Below are positions 12,204-24,100 of a DNA stretch of 51,845 bases, piece by piece. Source of the stretch: Thioalkalispiraceae bacterium (GTDB lineage: Bacteria; Pseudomonadota; Gammaproteobacteria; UBA6429; Thiohalophilaceae); NCBI GenBank assembly GCA_050116415.1, contig JASFOS010000001.1, forward strand, positions 1-51,845, in the 5' to 3' direction. Both the position numbers and the translations under genes were made by a program. Under the pieces are notes generated by a model. The model was given only the letters and a program-made list of their open reading frames with translations. It was not told where the DNA came from and did no database searches. Each line of letters opens with the position of its first letter. Within the stretch, counting starts at the first letter, position 1.

Positions 12204-13550
12204 ATGACTGATCTATTCAGTAACCGTAGTGACAACCAGGAGCATAGCTGGCAACCGCTCGCGGATCGCATGCGGCCACAAACACTGGATGAAATTGCCG
12301 GACAACAACATCTGCTAGGTAAAGACAAACCGTTACGCCAGGCCATCGAAGGTGGCCACTTGCACTCGATGATTTTCTGGGGGCCACCGGGTACCGGTAA
12401 AACCACCTTGTCACGCATGATCGCCAATTACTGCGATGCGGAATTCATCAGTCTTTCCGCGGTGCTCTCCGGCGTCAAGGATATTCGCCAGGCCGTCGAG
12501 CAGGCGCGTGAAATCAAAACCGTGAGTAACCGCGCCTCGATATTGTTTGTCGACGAGGTACACCGGTTTAACAAGTCACAACAGGATGCGTTTTTACCTC
12601 ATATCGAAGACGGTACGATTACCTTCATCGGTGCCACTACCGAGAACCCGTCGTTTGAACTGAATAACGCCTTACTCTCCCGTGCCCGGGTCTACGTTCT
12701 CAAGTCACTGACTGAAACCGATATCATGGCAGTATTGAAAAGCGCGTTAAGCGACGAGGTGCGTGGACTCGGAAAACAACATTTGCATATCGCCGATGAG
12801 CACTTGTTGCGACTGGCACAGGTCGCCGATGGTGATGCGCGACGCGCATTGAACCTGCTGGAAATCGCGGCGGAACTGGCTGAAGGTGACACCCAGCCAA
12901 CGATTACTGAACAGGTATTGAACGAAGTATTAAGCGGCGGTCTGCCACGGCGATTCGACAAGCACGGCGAAGCATTTTATGACCAGATTTCCGCGTTGCA
13001 TAAATCCGTGCGTGGCTCATCGCCGGATGCGTCTCTGTATTGGCTGGCGCGCATGCTGGATGGTGGTTGTGATCCCTTGTATATCGCGCGACGCGTGGTG
13101 CGCATGGCATCGGAAGACATCGGTAACGCGGATCCACGTGCCTTGACGTTGGCATTAAATGCCTGGGATGTGCAGGAACGCCTGGGCAGCCCGGAAGGGG
13201 AACTGGCCATTGCCCAGGCCATCAGTTACATGGCCTGCGCCCCCAAGAGTAATGCCGCCTACATGGCCTATAACGCGGCAATGAAAAGCGCCCAGCAACA
13301 TGGTTCACTGGAAGTGCCGATTCACTTGCGCAATGCACCGACAAAACTGATGAAAGAACTGGGTTACGGGCATGCGTATCGCTATGCCCATGATGAACCC
13401 CATGCTTACGCGGCGGGTGAAAAATATTTTCCTGACGAGATGGCTGAAGAAGTTTATTATCATCCTGTTGAGCAGGGACTGGAAATCAAGATCAGGGAAA
13501 AACTGCAGTTTCTGAAATCGCTTGATAAAAAAGCGCGCAACAAGAAATAA
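12204..13550 (+). CDS. rarA: replication-associated recombination protein A (AAA+ ATPase RarA/MgsA)
   Basis: [31 protein letters not shown] (Walker A), [12 protein letters not shown] (Walker B). Start chosen at ATG 12204. ATG 12183 is an alternative. Confidence 0.93.
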   Translation: MTDLFSNRSDNQEHSWQPLADRMRPQTLDEIAGQQHLLGKDKPLRQAIEGGHLHSMIFWGPPGTGKTTLSRMIANYCDAEFISLSAVLSGVKDIRQAVEQAREIKTVSNRASILFVDEVHRFNKSQQDAFLPHIEDGTITFIGATTENPSFELNNALLSRARVYVLKSLTETDIMAVLKSALSDEVRGLGKQHLHIADEHLLRLAQVADGDARRALNLLEIAAELAEGDTQPTITEQVLNEVLSGGLPRRFDKHGEAFYDQISALHKSVRGSSPDASLYWLARMLDGGCDPLYIARRVVRMASEDIGNADPRALTLALNAWDVQERLGSPEGELAIAQAISYMACAPKSNAAYMAYNAAMKSAQQHGSLEVPIHLRNAPTKLMKELGYGHAYRYAHDEPHAYAAGEKYFPDEMAEEVYYHPVEQGLEIKIREKLQFLKSLDKKARNKK

Positions 13551-13567
13551 AAAATACCGGGGAACGT

Positions 13568-13942
13568 GTGCTGAATATTATTGCAATTGCAGGTGGCGGC
13601 GCGATCGGCGCCTTGCTGCGTTACTGGATGTCAGGCTGGGTCTATAGCCTGGCGGGACGTGATTTTCCTTACGGCACCCTGGCGGTAAACGTGATGGGCT
13701 CTTTCATGATGGGGCTACTGTTCATCCTGCTGGATGAGCGTTTTAACCTGGGTCCCCAATGGCGCGCATTATTATTGATCGGCTTGCTCGGCGCGTTCAC
13801 CACTTTTTCCACCTTTTCCATTGAAACGTTGAATTTATTATTGTCGGGTGAAGCGGGCAAGGCCGTGCTGAATATATTGTTAAGTGTGAGTATTTGTATA
13901 TTCGCTACCTGGCTGGGGATACTGATAGGGAGACAGGTCTGA
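13568..13942 (+). CDS. crcB: fluoride ion channel CrcB/FluC
   Basis: 124 aa with 4 TM segments. GGAIGALLRY and GAFTTFSTFS motifs. GTG start. Confidence 0.9.
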   Translation: MLNIIAIAGGGAIGALLRYWMSGWVYSLAGRDFPYGTLAVNVMGSFMMGLLFILLDERFNLGPQWRALLLIGLLGAFTTFSTFSIETLNLLLSGEAGKAVLNILLSVSICIFATWLGILIGRQV

Positions 13943-14250
13943 TGCAAGAAGTCACCATGGTGCGTATTTACCTGAATGAAGGTGAAGGACAGCTAAAGGG
14001 TTTTCTCAAGCGACTGCATGACTGGGAAAAAGTCAGGGGTGTCACGGTATTCAGGGGCATCAGTGGTTTCGGTGATTCGGGGGTCGTGCATGATACCTCG
14101 TTGATGGACCTGTCATTGAATTTACCGGTGGTGATCGAGTTTTTCGATGTGCCTGAAAAGGTCGAGGCCATTTTGCGGCACCTGGATAGTGAGATAAAAC
14201 CGGGTCATATGGTAAAATGGGCGGCTTTCGTCAATGATGACAACACTTAA
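13942..14250 (+). CDS. DUF190 domain protein (commonly paired with crcB)
   Basis: ATG 13942 overlaps the crcB TGA (TGATG). The sequence MVRIYLNEGE...L...GVTVFRGI.GFG fits the DUF190 pattern. The track start at 13894 lies inside crcB and was rejected. Confidence 0.75.
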   Translation: MQEVTMVRIYLNEGEGQLKGFLKRLHDWEKVRGVTVFRGISGFGDSGVVHDTSLMDLSLNLPVVIEFFDVPEKVEAILRHLDSEIKPGHMVKWAAFVNDDNT

Positions 14251-14271
14251 TAAAGAATAACTGGTTTTTGA

Positions 14272-15721
<1,450 letters not shown>

Positions 15722-15744
15722 ACGTTTTACAACCTCCTGAATTT

Positions 15745-15776
15745 AAAAAGCCCCGCCCGGGTTAACGGCGCGGGGC
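15745..15776 (-). terminator. rho-independent terminator downstream of the BI-1 family gene
   Basis: GCCCCGC...GCGGGGC stem (15750-15756 / 15770-15776) with extra inner pairs. On the minus strand it is followed by a T-run (AAAAA at 15745-15749 on the plus strand). Confidence 0.6.
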
Positions 15777-15799
15777 TGATTTTATGGTGTGATGGTTAA

Positions 15800-16465
15800 T
15801 TAATCATCACCACTGAACGCACCCAGGATGTGTAACAGGGCCTGGAACAGGTTCAGGATAGACAGGAACAGGCTGGCGGTGGCCATGATGTAGTTGGTTT
15901 CGCCACCATGGATGATGGAGGAGGTTTCATACAGGATGAAGCCACTCATGATCATGATGATGGCGGCGTTGATGACCAGGAACAACACTGGCATAGCCAG
16001 GAAGATGTTCAGCAGGGCGGCACCCAGCACCACGAACAGGCCAACCATCAGGAAGCCCCCCATAAAGCTGAAATCCTTACGCGTGGTCAGGGTATAAGCG
16101 GAAAGCCCGAGGAAGATCACACCGGTACCACCCAGTGCGGTCATGACAATACTTGGGTTGACCGACAGGTAATAGCTCAGAATTGGACCAAGGCCCAGGC
16201 CTAGCAGACCGGTAATGGCAAAAATCACCGGGATACCCGTTGCAGAATTGGCCGTGCGAGGCAGGACAAACCACAACATGACAATGGCAACGATGTCAGC
16301 AATCAACGCTGTGCCGTGACCGATTTGCATGGCTATACCAGTGAATGCCATCAGGCCACTGAAAATAAGCGTCATGGAAAGCAGGGCATAGGTATTGCGT
16401 AGTACCTTGTTGGTCGCTAATACCGACTCCGCTGAGCGCGTCACGACGGATGAGTCTTGATACAT
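15800..16465 (-). CDS. Bax inhibitor-1/YccA family membrane protein
   Basis: 221 aa with 7 predicted TM segments. The N-terminus ...VLATNKVLRNTYALLSMTL is typical of the YccA/BI-1 family. Confidence 0.88.
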   Translation of the reverse strand: MYQDSSVVTRSAESVLATNKVLRNTYALLSMTLIFSGLMAFTGIAMQIGHGTALIADIVAIVMLWFVLPRTANSATGIPVIFAITGLLGLGLGPILSYYLSVNPSIVMTALGGTGVIFLGLSAYTLTTRKDFSFMGGFLMVGLFVVLGAALLNIFLAMPVLFLVINAAIIMIMSGFILYETSSIIHGGETNYIMATASLFLSILNLFQALLHILGAFSGDD

Positions 16466-16621
16466 TTGGGTTTTCCTCTCTGATTGTTTTGGTCAACTTC
16501 TATGACCATAGCATAAGGATTCAGTTCATAATTTCAAGACTTTATATTTTCATTTAGGGGTGGATAAATGGCGCACTATCAGGTAATCTGCGCCCCGTTT
16601 TCGACATACGAAATCTTTACC

Positions 16622-16711
16622 GGAGAGGTGGCAGAGCTCGGTCGAATGCACCGGTCTTGAAAACCGGCGAACCGAAAGGTTCCGTGGGTTCGAATCCCAC
16701 CCTCTCCGCCA
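16622..16711 (+). tRNA. tRNA-Ser (anticodon UGA)
   Basis: GGAGAGG/CCTCTCC acceptor stem, anticodon loop CTTGAAA, long variable arm, GTGGG-TTCGAAT-CCCAC T-arm, encoded CCA. Confidence 0.95.
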
Positions 16712-16719
16712 TATCACAG

Positions 16720-16742
16720 GCCACCCACCAGGGTGGCTTTTT
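16720..16742 (+). terminator. rho-independent terminator after tRNA-Ser
   Basis: GCCACCC-ACCA-GGGTGGC hairpin followed by TTTTT. Confidence 0.75.
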
Positions 16743-16966
16743 CGTTCGAGCTGACGAAAAATACCGCAATCTCACCCCTTTGGATGATTCCATAGAGCCG
16801 AAATCCTGTCATAATGCTGCAAATAACATACTGAATATAAAGACTATTCTGATTTCTAAAAATCCATTGGCATGGCATGGCCTACAACCGTAGGATATTG
16901 ACTACAAATATGGGCTTAACTACGCTAAGGTTAATAGATGTTCTCAAAACTTGACGGTAATAATGC

Positions 16967-17614
16967 ATGATTAAAGTCCTGCTGGTAGATGACCATGACC
17001 TGGTCAGAACAGGGATAAAACGGTTACTGGACGACATTGATGATATTGACGTAGTGGGTGAAGCCACCTGTGGCGAAGATGCACTCAAGCTCGCGGCTCA
17101 GCATAGCCTGGACGTGATCCTGATGGATATCAACATGCCGGGGATGGGAGGCCTGGAGGCGACGCGTAAACTGCAGTCCAGCAACCCGGACATGAAAATC
17201 ATTATCGTCACCATGCATGAAGATGACTTGTTTGCGCAACGCTTGTTAAAAGCCGGTGCCACCGGCTACCTGACCAAGGGGGCCGGGGTTGATGAGATCG
17301 TGCATGCGATCCGGGAAGTCAATATGAACCGCCGCTACATCAGCCCTGATATTGCCCAGCAACTCGCATTGGCGCAGTTCCCTGATCATGAGGGCTCACC
17401 CTTTGATTCTTTGTCTGAACGCGAGCTGCAGGTCATGATGTTACTGATGGATGGCATGAAGGTGAATGAAATTTCCGACAAGTTATGCCTGAGCCCGAAA
17501 ACGATCAGCACCTATCGTCACCGCCTGTACGACAAACTCAATGTGCAAAACGATATCGAACTAACGCGCCTGGCCATGGTGCACGGCGTGATTGAGAACA
17601 ATATCCCGGTCTAA
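16967..17614 (+). CDS. uvrY: two-component response regulator, UvrY/GacA (NarL/FixJ) family
   Basis: 215 aa. REC domain (VLLVDDH, DVILMDINMPGMGG, K in TKG) plus a LuxR-type HTH (LSERELQVM..., LSPKTISTYR). Lies upstream of uvrC as in E. coli. Confidence 0.9.
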   Translation: MIKVLLVDDHDLVRTGIKRLLDDIDDIDVVGEATCGEDALKLAAQHSLDVILMDINMPGMGGLEATRKLQSSNPDMKIIIVTMHEDDLFAQRLLKAGATGYLTKGAGVDEIVHAIREVNMNRRYISPDIAQQLALAQFPDHEGSPFDSLSERELQVMMLLMDGMKVNEISDKLCLSPKTISTYRHRLYDKLNVQNDIELTRLAMVHGVIENNIPV

Positions 17615-17699
17615 ATCTTTCCAGGGGAAATCATTTTCTGTTCTGTGAGTGATTCGAGTACACTCATGTTTTAAGTTAACCAACATGAAGTGTGACTCG

Positions 17700-18344
17700 A
17701 TGAGTAATTGGCCCAACGATATTTTCGATGTTGATTGTCACCAGTGTAAGCGGCTATCCGATTTTCTGCGCACGGTGAAAAAGGACTACCCGGATTATCA
17801 TGCACGCCCGGTGGCGCCCTATGGCGTAAAGCATCCCCGCTTACTGGTTGTCGGTCTTGCGCCCGGCATGCATGGCGCCAATGCCACCGGTCGCCCGTTT
17901 ACCGGCGACTATGCCGGTATTCTGCTTTACGAAACTTTGCATAAGTTCGGTTTCAGTAATAAACCCGAGTCGGTAGCGCTGGATGATGGTTTGAAGTTGA
18001 AGAACTGTCGTATCACCAATGCGGTAAAGTGTTTGCCACCACAGAATAAACCCACCACAGCAGAAATTAATACGTGCAACCGGTTTCTCAAAAATGAAAT
18101 TTCAAGTCTTAAAGCAGGCTCGGTAATCCTGGCGCTGGGCGGGATCGCGCATAACGCGGTTTTAAAAGCGCTTGACTTGAAAAAGTCAGGCTACAAGTTT
18201 GCACATAACGCCGACTTTTCATTACCCGGGGGTTATCACCTGGTCAGCTCTTATCATTGCAGTCGTTACAATACCCAGACCCGGCGCCTGACTGAGAAAA
18301 TGTTTCATGACGTGTTCAGGAAAATCCAGCGTAAATTGAAATAA
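17700..18344 (+). CDS. uracil-DNA glycosylase superfamily protein, family-5-like (Fe-S type)
   Basis: GLAPGMHGANATGRPFTGD motif. Cys residues at CHQC, VKC and NTC are consistent with a 4Fe-4S cluster. Start chosen at ATG 17700 (MSNWPN...). Upstream alternatives are 17649 and 17685. Confidence 0.75.
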   Translation: MSNWPNDIFDVDCHQCKRLSDFLRTVKKDYPDYHARPVAPYGVKHPRLLVVGLAPGMHGANATGRPFTGDYAGILLYETLHKFGFSNKPESVALDDGLKLKNCRITNAVKCLPPQNKPTTAEINTCNRFLKNEISSLKAGSVILALGGIAHNAVLKALDLKKSGYKFAHNADFSLPGGYHLVSSYHCSRYNTQTRRLTEKMFHDVFRKIQRKLK

Positions 18345-18345
18345 A

Positions 18346-20211
18346 ATGACACAGCAATCAAGCTTTGACCCGAAACCATTTTTAAAAACCGTGCCCCGGC
18401 AGCCCGGTGTATATCGTATGCTGGATGCTGACGGTGTGGTTATTTACGTGGGCAAGGCAAAAGTCCTGAAAAACCGTTTATCCAGTTATTTTCAAAAGAA
18501 CCTGGACAGCCCTAAAACACGCTTGCTGGTCTCAAAAATTGACCGGGTTGAGTACACGGTCACCAATACGGAAAACGAGGCGTTATTACTCGAAAATAAC
18601 CTGATCAAGCAACTGAAGCCGCGTTACAATATTTTGTACCGGGATGATAAAAGTTATCCCTATATCTACCTGTCCAATGATCCCTTTCCCAGGATCACCT
18701 TGCACCGTGGCGCGCAACGGAAAAAAGGCCGCTACTTTGGTCCGTATCCCAGTGCCGGTGCGGTCAGGGAGACGCTGAACCTGCTACAGAAACTGTTTCG
18801 CATTCGTCAATGTGAAGACTCGTTTTTCAAGAACCGCTCCAGGCCTTGCCTGCAATACCAGATTAAACGCTGCACCGCGCCCTGTGTTGGCCTGGTCAGC
18901 GAAGAAGATTACCGGGAAGATATCCGCCATGCGGTGATGTTCCTGGAAGGCAAAAGTAGCCAGGTCATCGATGAACTGGTTAAACGCATGGACAGTGCAT
19001 CGAATAGCCTGAACTTCGAACAGGCGGCACTGTTTCGCGATCAAATTGTCAGCCTGCGTCATGTGCAGGAAAAACAATACATCAGTAGCGGTAGCGGTGA
19101 TATCGATATCATCGAGGCCATTTGCCTCAGTGGCCTGTGTGGTATCCAGTTATTCAGCATTCGCGGCGGCCATAACCTGGGCAACAAAAGCTATTTTCCC
19201 AAGCAGGCCGAACTGGAGTCGGATGATCTTGGCGCCCTGGTGGAGCGTTTTATTGCTCAGCACTATCTGCATGCCAACAGCACGATTTCAACCCGCCTGA
19301 TACCGGAAGAAATCCTGTTGTCGATCAAGCTGGAGAATAAAGCGCTGCTGGAACAGGTGCTGGCACAACAGGCCAGCCACAAGGTCAAGCTGACGGTACC
19401 CAGCCGTGGACGCAAGCTCAAGTGGCAGCAAATGGCACAACAGAATGCGCGCCAGGCGATTCAGACCCGGCTCAACAGCCAGGCGACGGTGTTACAGCGT
19501 TTCGAGGCGCTGCGCGAGGTGTTTGACCTGGATGAGATGCCGCAACGCCTGGAATGTTTTGATATCAGTCACACCCAGGGCGAGGCAACCGTCGCATCCT
19601 GCGTGGTATTTGACACCCAGGGGGCTGTAAAAGCCGATTATCGGCGTTTCAATATCACGGGCATCACGGAAGGCGATGACTATGCGGCCATGCACCAGGC
19701 GCTGACACGCCGTTTCAAGCGTCTTAAGAATGGTGAGGGCAAGCGACCGGATATCCTGTTCATCGACGGTGGTAAAGGCCAGTTATCGCAGGCCAGGGAA
19801 GTGCTGGAGAGCCTCGCGCTCGATAATATTTTTATGATTGGGGTGGCCAAGGGACCGGAGCGAAAAGCGGGCGAAGAGACCCTGATCCTGTCTGATCCCT
19901 TGTCCGGGCAATACCGCGAGATTATACTGCCAGCCGATTCAACGGCTTTGCACCTGATACAGCAAATCCGGGATGAATCGCATCGATTTGCGATAACCGG
20001 CCACCGGCAACGTCGCCAGAAAGCCAGAAATACCTCGGTACTGGAAACGATTCCCGGGCTCGGGGCAAAACGAAGACAAAAGCTTTTGCAACAATTTGGT
20101 GGCTTGCAGGAAGTCGCCCGGGCCGGGGTGGATGACCTGGCCAGTGTAAATGGAATTAGTCGTCAACTTGCACAACAGATATATGATGTTTTTCATGCGG
20201 ATGTGAATTAA
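18346..20211 (+). CDS. uvrC: excinuclease ABC subunit UvrC
   Basis: 621 aa. GIY-YIG N-terminus (PGVYRMLD...VIYVGKAK), a UVR domain and a C-terminal (HhH)2 (IPGLGAKRRQKLLQQFG). Confidence 0.97.
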   Translation: MTQQSSFDPKPFLKTVPRQPGVYRMLDADGVVIYVGKAKVLKNRLSSYFQKNLDSPKTRLLVSKIDRVEYTVTNTENEALLLENNLIKQLKPRYNILYRDDKSYPYIYLSNDPFPRITLHRGAQRKKGRYFGPYPSAGAVRETLNLLQKLFRIRQCEDSFFKNRSRPCLQYQIKRCTAPCVGLVSEEDYREDIRHAVMFLEGKSSQVIDELVKRMDSASNSLNFEQAALFRDQIVSLRHVQEKQYISSGSGDIDIIEAICLSGLCGIQLFSIRGGHNLGNKSYFPKQAELESDDLGALVERFIAQHYLHANSTISTRLIPEEILLSIKLENKALLEQVLAQQASHKVKLTVPSRGRKLKWQQMAQQNARQAIQTRLNSQATVLQRFEALREVFDLDEMPQRLECFDISHTQGEATVASCVVFDTQGAVKADYRRFNITGITEGDDYAAMHQALTRRFKRLKNGEGKRPDILFIDGGKGQLSQAREVLESLALDNIFMIGVAKGPERKAGEETLILSDPLSGQYREIILPADSTALHLIQQIRDESHRFAITGHRQRRQKARNTSVLETIPGLGAKRRQKLLQQFGGLQEVARAGVDDLASVNGISRQLAQQIYDVFHADVN

Positions 20212-20213
20212 CT

Positions 20214-20792
20214 ATGCCACTGAATGTACCGATGATACTGACACTACTGAGAATCGCACTGATTCCGGTGTTCGTGTTGGCCTTTTATATCCCCCTGTTC
20301 GGGATCAATAACTATGTCGTTACCGTGATCTTTTTCATTGCCGGGATTACCGACTGGTTTGATGGCTACCTGGCCAGAAAGTGGAATCAACAGTCCAAAT
20401 TTGGCGCCTTCCTGGATCCGGTGGCCGACAAGCTCATGGTTGCCACGGCGCTAGTATTGCTGGTTAGTAAACATCCGACTCTGTGGCTGGCGATACCCAC
20501 GGTGATTATCATTGGTCGTGAAATCACCATTTCCGCATTACGCGAATGGATGGCGAACATCGGTGATAATACCAAGGTGGCGGTTTCCATTATTGGTAAA
20601 ATCAAGACGGCGGCACAAATGTGGGCCATCGGCTTCCTGTTGTTCGAAGTCCCGCTGTTTGACGTGTCGACCCTGGCGATTGGTTATCTTTTGCTCTATA
20701 TGGCGGCAATTTTAACGTTGTGGTCGATGGTGATTTATCTGCAAGCTGCCTGGCCCAGCCTGACTTCACAAACTGACTCAAATAAGGGTTGA
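20214..20792 (+). CDS. pgsA: CDP-diacylglycerol--glycerol-3-phosphate 3-phosphatidyltransferase
   Basis: 192 aa with the CDP-alcohol phosphatidyltransferase motif D.FDG.LAR....S.FGAFLDP.ADK. uvrC-pgsA-tRNA synteny. Confidence 0.95.
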   Translation: MPLNVPMILTLLRIALIPVFVLAFYIPLFGINNYVVTVIFFIAGITDWFDGYLARKWNQQSKFGAFLDPVADKLMVATALVLLVSKHPTLWLAIPTVIIIGREITISALREWMANIGDNTKVAVSIIGKIKTAAQMWAIGFLLFEVPLFDVSTLAIGYLLLYMAAILTLWSMVIYLQAAWPSLTSQTDSNKG

Positions 20793-20816
20793 CACTCGAG
20801 CATGTGTCGCTAAAAT
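20789..20816 (+). promoter_or_regulatory. sigma70-type promoter for the tRNA-Gly/Cys genes
   Basis: TTGACA (20789-20794, overlapping the pgsA TGA), a 16-nt spacer, TAAAAT (20811-20816), then a GC-rich discriminator ACGCGC. The tRNA starts at 20832. Confidence 0.6.
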
Positions 20817-20831
20817 ACGCGCTCCTTATCT

Positions 20832-20907
20832 GCGGGAATAGCTCAGCTGGTAGAGCACAACCTTGCCAAGGTTGGGGTCGCGAGTTCGAATCTCGTTTCC
20901 CGCTCCA
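20832..20907 (+). tRNA. glyW: tRNA-Gly (anticodon GCC)
   Basis: GCGGGAA/TTCCCGC acceptor stem, anticodon loop TTGCCAA, GTTCGAATC T-loop, encoded CCA. 76 nt. Confidence 0.95.
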
Positions 20908-20917
20908 AACATCAAAA

Positions 20918-20941
20918 CCTCGGCTCATGCCGGGGTTTTTT
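20918..20941 (+). terminator. hairpin plus T-run between tRNA-Gly and tRNA-Cys
   Basis: CCTCGG-CTCATG-CCGGGG (one G-U pair) flanked by AAAA/TTTTTT. Confidence 0.45.
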
Positions 20942-21014
20942 GTATCGGCTTCAACAACAGGTTGGTAACTATCAGAGTGGTATCCAATCGCAGGGTCGAG
21001 TAAAATAAAATTAT

Positions 21015-21088
21015 GGCTGGGTGGCAGAGTGGCTATGCAGCGGATTGCAAATCCGTGGACCTCGGTTCGACTCCGGGCCCAGCCTCCA
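21015..21088 (+). tRNA. cysT: tRNA-Cys (anticodon GCA)
   Basis: GGCTGGG/CCCAGCC acceptor stem, anticodon loop TTGCAAA, GGTTCGACTCC T-arm, encoded CCA. 74 nt. Confidence 0.93.
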
Positions 21089-21129
21089 TTTTCTATTTCC
21101 GATATCACTGCAAATTTAAAATCATGTTG

Positions 21130-24100
21130 TCACTGGCACGTGGCAAGGTTGCTTATCCAGTCCCTGATAACCGATATTGCCTGGGTGTCTACAATTGATG
21201 TAGCAAGGGGTGGCATTCGATTTTGTCCGAGGTCCTCCATACGTAATACCAGTATCGAGTTATCCGGGTCACCCGGCGCGACGATCATCGGGTCGCTGAG
21301 TCCCAGTGTATCGCTCAGTGGCGCATGATTACATATTCCTGTATTCGCCAACGAAGTTGCCATTCGCAGATCCATATTGCCACCACCGGGTCCACCCGGC
21401 TGATGACAGTTGGCACAATTGGAATGCAAATAACTGCGTGCACGTCGTTCCGATGAATAGGCGATATCATCGATTGCATAGAAAGTCGTGGATTTTTCAG
21501 CGTCGCTTAATGCGCGACTTAAAACGTTAATATCTTCAAGGGTGATCAACTGATTCGCCTCAATACTCGTGGTTGGATAAAAAAGGGAACGGTTGAGTTG
21601 ACCAATCTCCGGGCCAAGGGTAAAGCCGGCAATGGTGGTATGACAGGAATCACATTGTGCTCGACTGGGGTAGTGCCAGGTCTGTGTCTGGCTATTGACG
21701 TCAAAATCCTTGTCCTTGCTCGTGGTGAGTAAGGTGGCATCGGTGTGCGTGTCGTTCCATTCATAGCTGTATCCTTTCCAGCCATGTGGCGCTTCATGGT
21801 GAAGTAATAGACGGGTTTCAATCAATTGACCGTCAAGCCAGAAATGTTTGCCAACCACGCTGCCGACCGGTAAATCAAAACGGCCCTCGCCATCGATGTT
21901 GATTGTCGTGCCATCAGGGATGGCCATGAAGCGTTCTTTATTGGCAAAGTCTGACCACAGCAAGGCATTAATGTTATAGGGGATAACGTTATCGGAAAAT
22001 AACGTGGTATCAGTTGACTGGAAACAGCCCCAGTCAGATAGCTGGGTAGGGATAATGCCCGTCTGGCTACTGCTGTCAGCCACAATCTTACTTATTCCAC
22101 CATACAGGTTGATCACATAGAGTTCACCATCATGATCTTCAGCAAAGGATGCGATATTCAGGCTGGTATCTAACAGTTCAGTCGAGGTGTACTGGCTGGC
22201 CCCGGTTTTTTGCAAGGCCCAGATTCTACCGATACTGAAGTCACCATAAATGTATTGACCATATAAAAAGCCAAGATTGGAGCCACGATAGACATAGCCA
22301 CCGGTGATAGATTGTCCCAGGCTGCGTTCATAGCCTCCGACCGGTAAGGTCAAGCCGGTCTGGTTACAACCTGCGGTGACACAGTTAGGGCCTTCCATAA
22401 TCGGCCAGCCATAGTTGGCACCCTTGGTAATGATATCGATTTCTTCATAACTACCCTGGCCCACGTCACCCGCCCAGATATCACCTGTCTGGCGATCGAA
22501 ACTCCAGCGCCAGGGGTTGCGTAATCCATAGGCAAAGATTTCAGGTGCACCACCACTGGCAGCAAAGGGGTTATCGGGTGGAATGGTATAACTGCCCGAG
22601 GAACCATCACCCACGTCAATGCGTAGCAAGGCACCCAGCAGGGTATCGGTATTTTGACCATTGGCATAAGTGTCGTATGAGCCGCCACCATCACCCAGCC
22701 CGATATACAGATAGCCGTCTGGACCAAACATGATCTGGCCTCCGTTATGATTAGTGCTCGGCTGAGTGAGAGTGAGAATGATGACCTCGCTACTCGGATC
22801 GAGCACATCGCCCACTCTGGTGAAGCGGGAAATGCGCGAATCGCGGCCTGAATCTGTGTTGTTATAGGAAAGATAAACATAACCGTTGTTGGCATAATCT
22901 GGATGAAATGCCATCCCCAGCAAGCCCATTTCTCCGTAATATTCAACCCTGTCACTGATATCAATAAAGGTCGTGGTGGAGTTCACAGCAGGATTATTTG
23001 CGAACCTGATCACCTGCCCGGTTTGTTGTACCACGTACCAGTAACTGGAATCTCCCGGCGCCATGTACATGGCCAGCGGAGTATTCAATGCCGGCAGGTT
23101 TGGGTAGGGATTCTCTAGTAGAATACTTGATGCCACAGGCGGCGAAGGCGGGGCAATACACTCGGTTGCATTGGCAGGTCGCATAGACAGGCCCGGAGAG
23201 CCTGCTGCCTTCAGGTTGACTGTGATAAGAAGGTTATCGGTGGCTGCTTCAGAATTACTGGTTGCTTCTACGCCAAGTTCATAGCTGCCAATCTCGGTAA
23301 ATGACACCGAGGTCTGAGCGGCACTGGCATCGGTAAAATTGGCAATCCCGGGTCCTGAAACCTGTGTCCATGAATAGGTTACTGTGCCTTGAGGTGGTTG
23401 ACCGTTTTCAGTCGCAATGGCATTAAGGTTCGCTGCGTCAGCTAGAACGATTGTCTGGTCAGAACCCGCGTCAACGTTGAGTGAAGTTGGTCTGGCATTG
23501 ATACTGACTGCACCTGAATAATTGGGTACTTCGTCATAGGTAAAAATACTGTAGTAATAGGTCGTGCCATTGGTAAGGCCTGAATCAGTGATGCTGCTAC
23601 CGGCACCGTTATACACTTCTGTTCCGTCGCTAATGCTGGCAGGATTGCCCGAGGTCGAGCGGCGTATGATAACGCCGGCGAAATCACTGTCGCCCGGGTT
23701 ATTCCAGCTTAGGTTTATGCTTTGATCTTGCGCAGTTGCGGTAAAATTACTGACTACAGCCGGCGGCGTAGTGTCGGCTGGCGTGGCATTGGCACTGACT
23801 ACGCCTGAATAATTGGGCACCGCATCATAGGCAAAAATACTGTAGAAATAGGTCGTGCCATTGGTAAGGCCTGAATCAGTGGTGGTAGTACTTGCACCAT
23901 TGTAGACTGCGATGCCGTCAGTGACGCTGGTGGGGTTGCCCGAGGTCGAGCGGCGGATGATAACGCCGGCGAAGTCACTGTCGGCCGGGTTATCCCAGTT
24001 GAGGTTTATACTTTGATCTTGTGCTGTTGCGGTAAAATTGCTGACAGCAGCCGGTGGTGTGGTATCACCAGCTGTCGGCGCAACAGGTGTGGCATCTAGA

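Noticed and set aside
13551-13567. Possible fluoride riboswitch upstream of crcB.
   Set aside because: Only 17 nt separate the rarA stop from the crcB start, which is too short for the ~60-nt crcB motif. I saw no such fold in the rarA 3' end.
16570-16600. GGCGCA...TGCGCC hairpin plus TTTT 22 nt upstream of tRNA-Ser, considered as a terminator or sRNA.
   Set aside because: There is no upstream plus-strand gene to terminate. The 13-nt loop makes a weak hairpin, and the region more likely contains the tRNA promoter (TGGATA-15-GGTAAT) and its GC-rich discriminator.
16657-16893. 78-aa plus-strand ORF.
   Set aside because: It begins inside tRNA-Ser and runs through its terminator.
20602-21328. 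ORFs of 168 aa (minus), 61 aa and 99 aa (plus) spanning the tRNA-Gly/Cys region.
   Set aside because: They read straight through two canonical tRNA genes and a terminator, so they are not coding.
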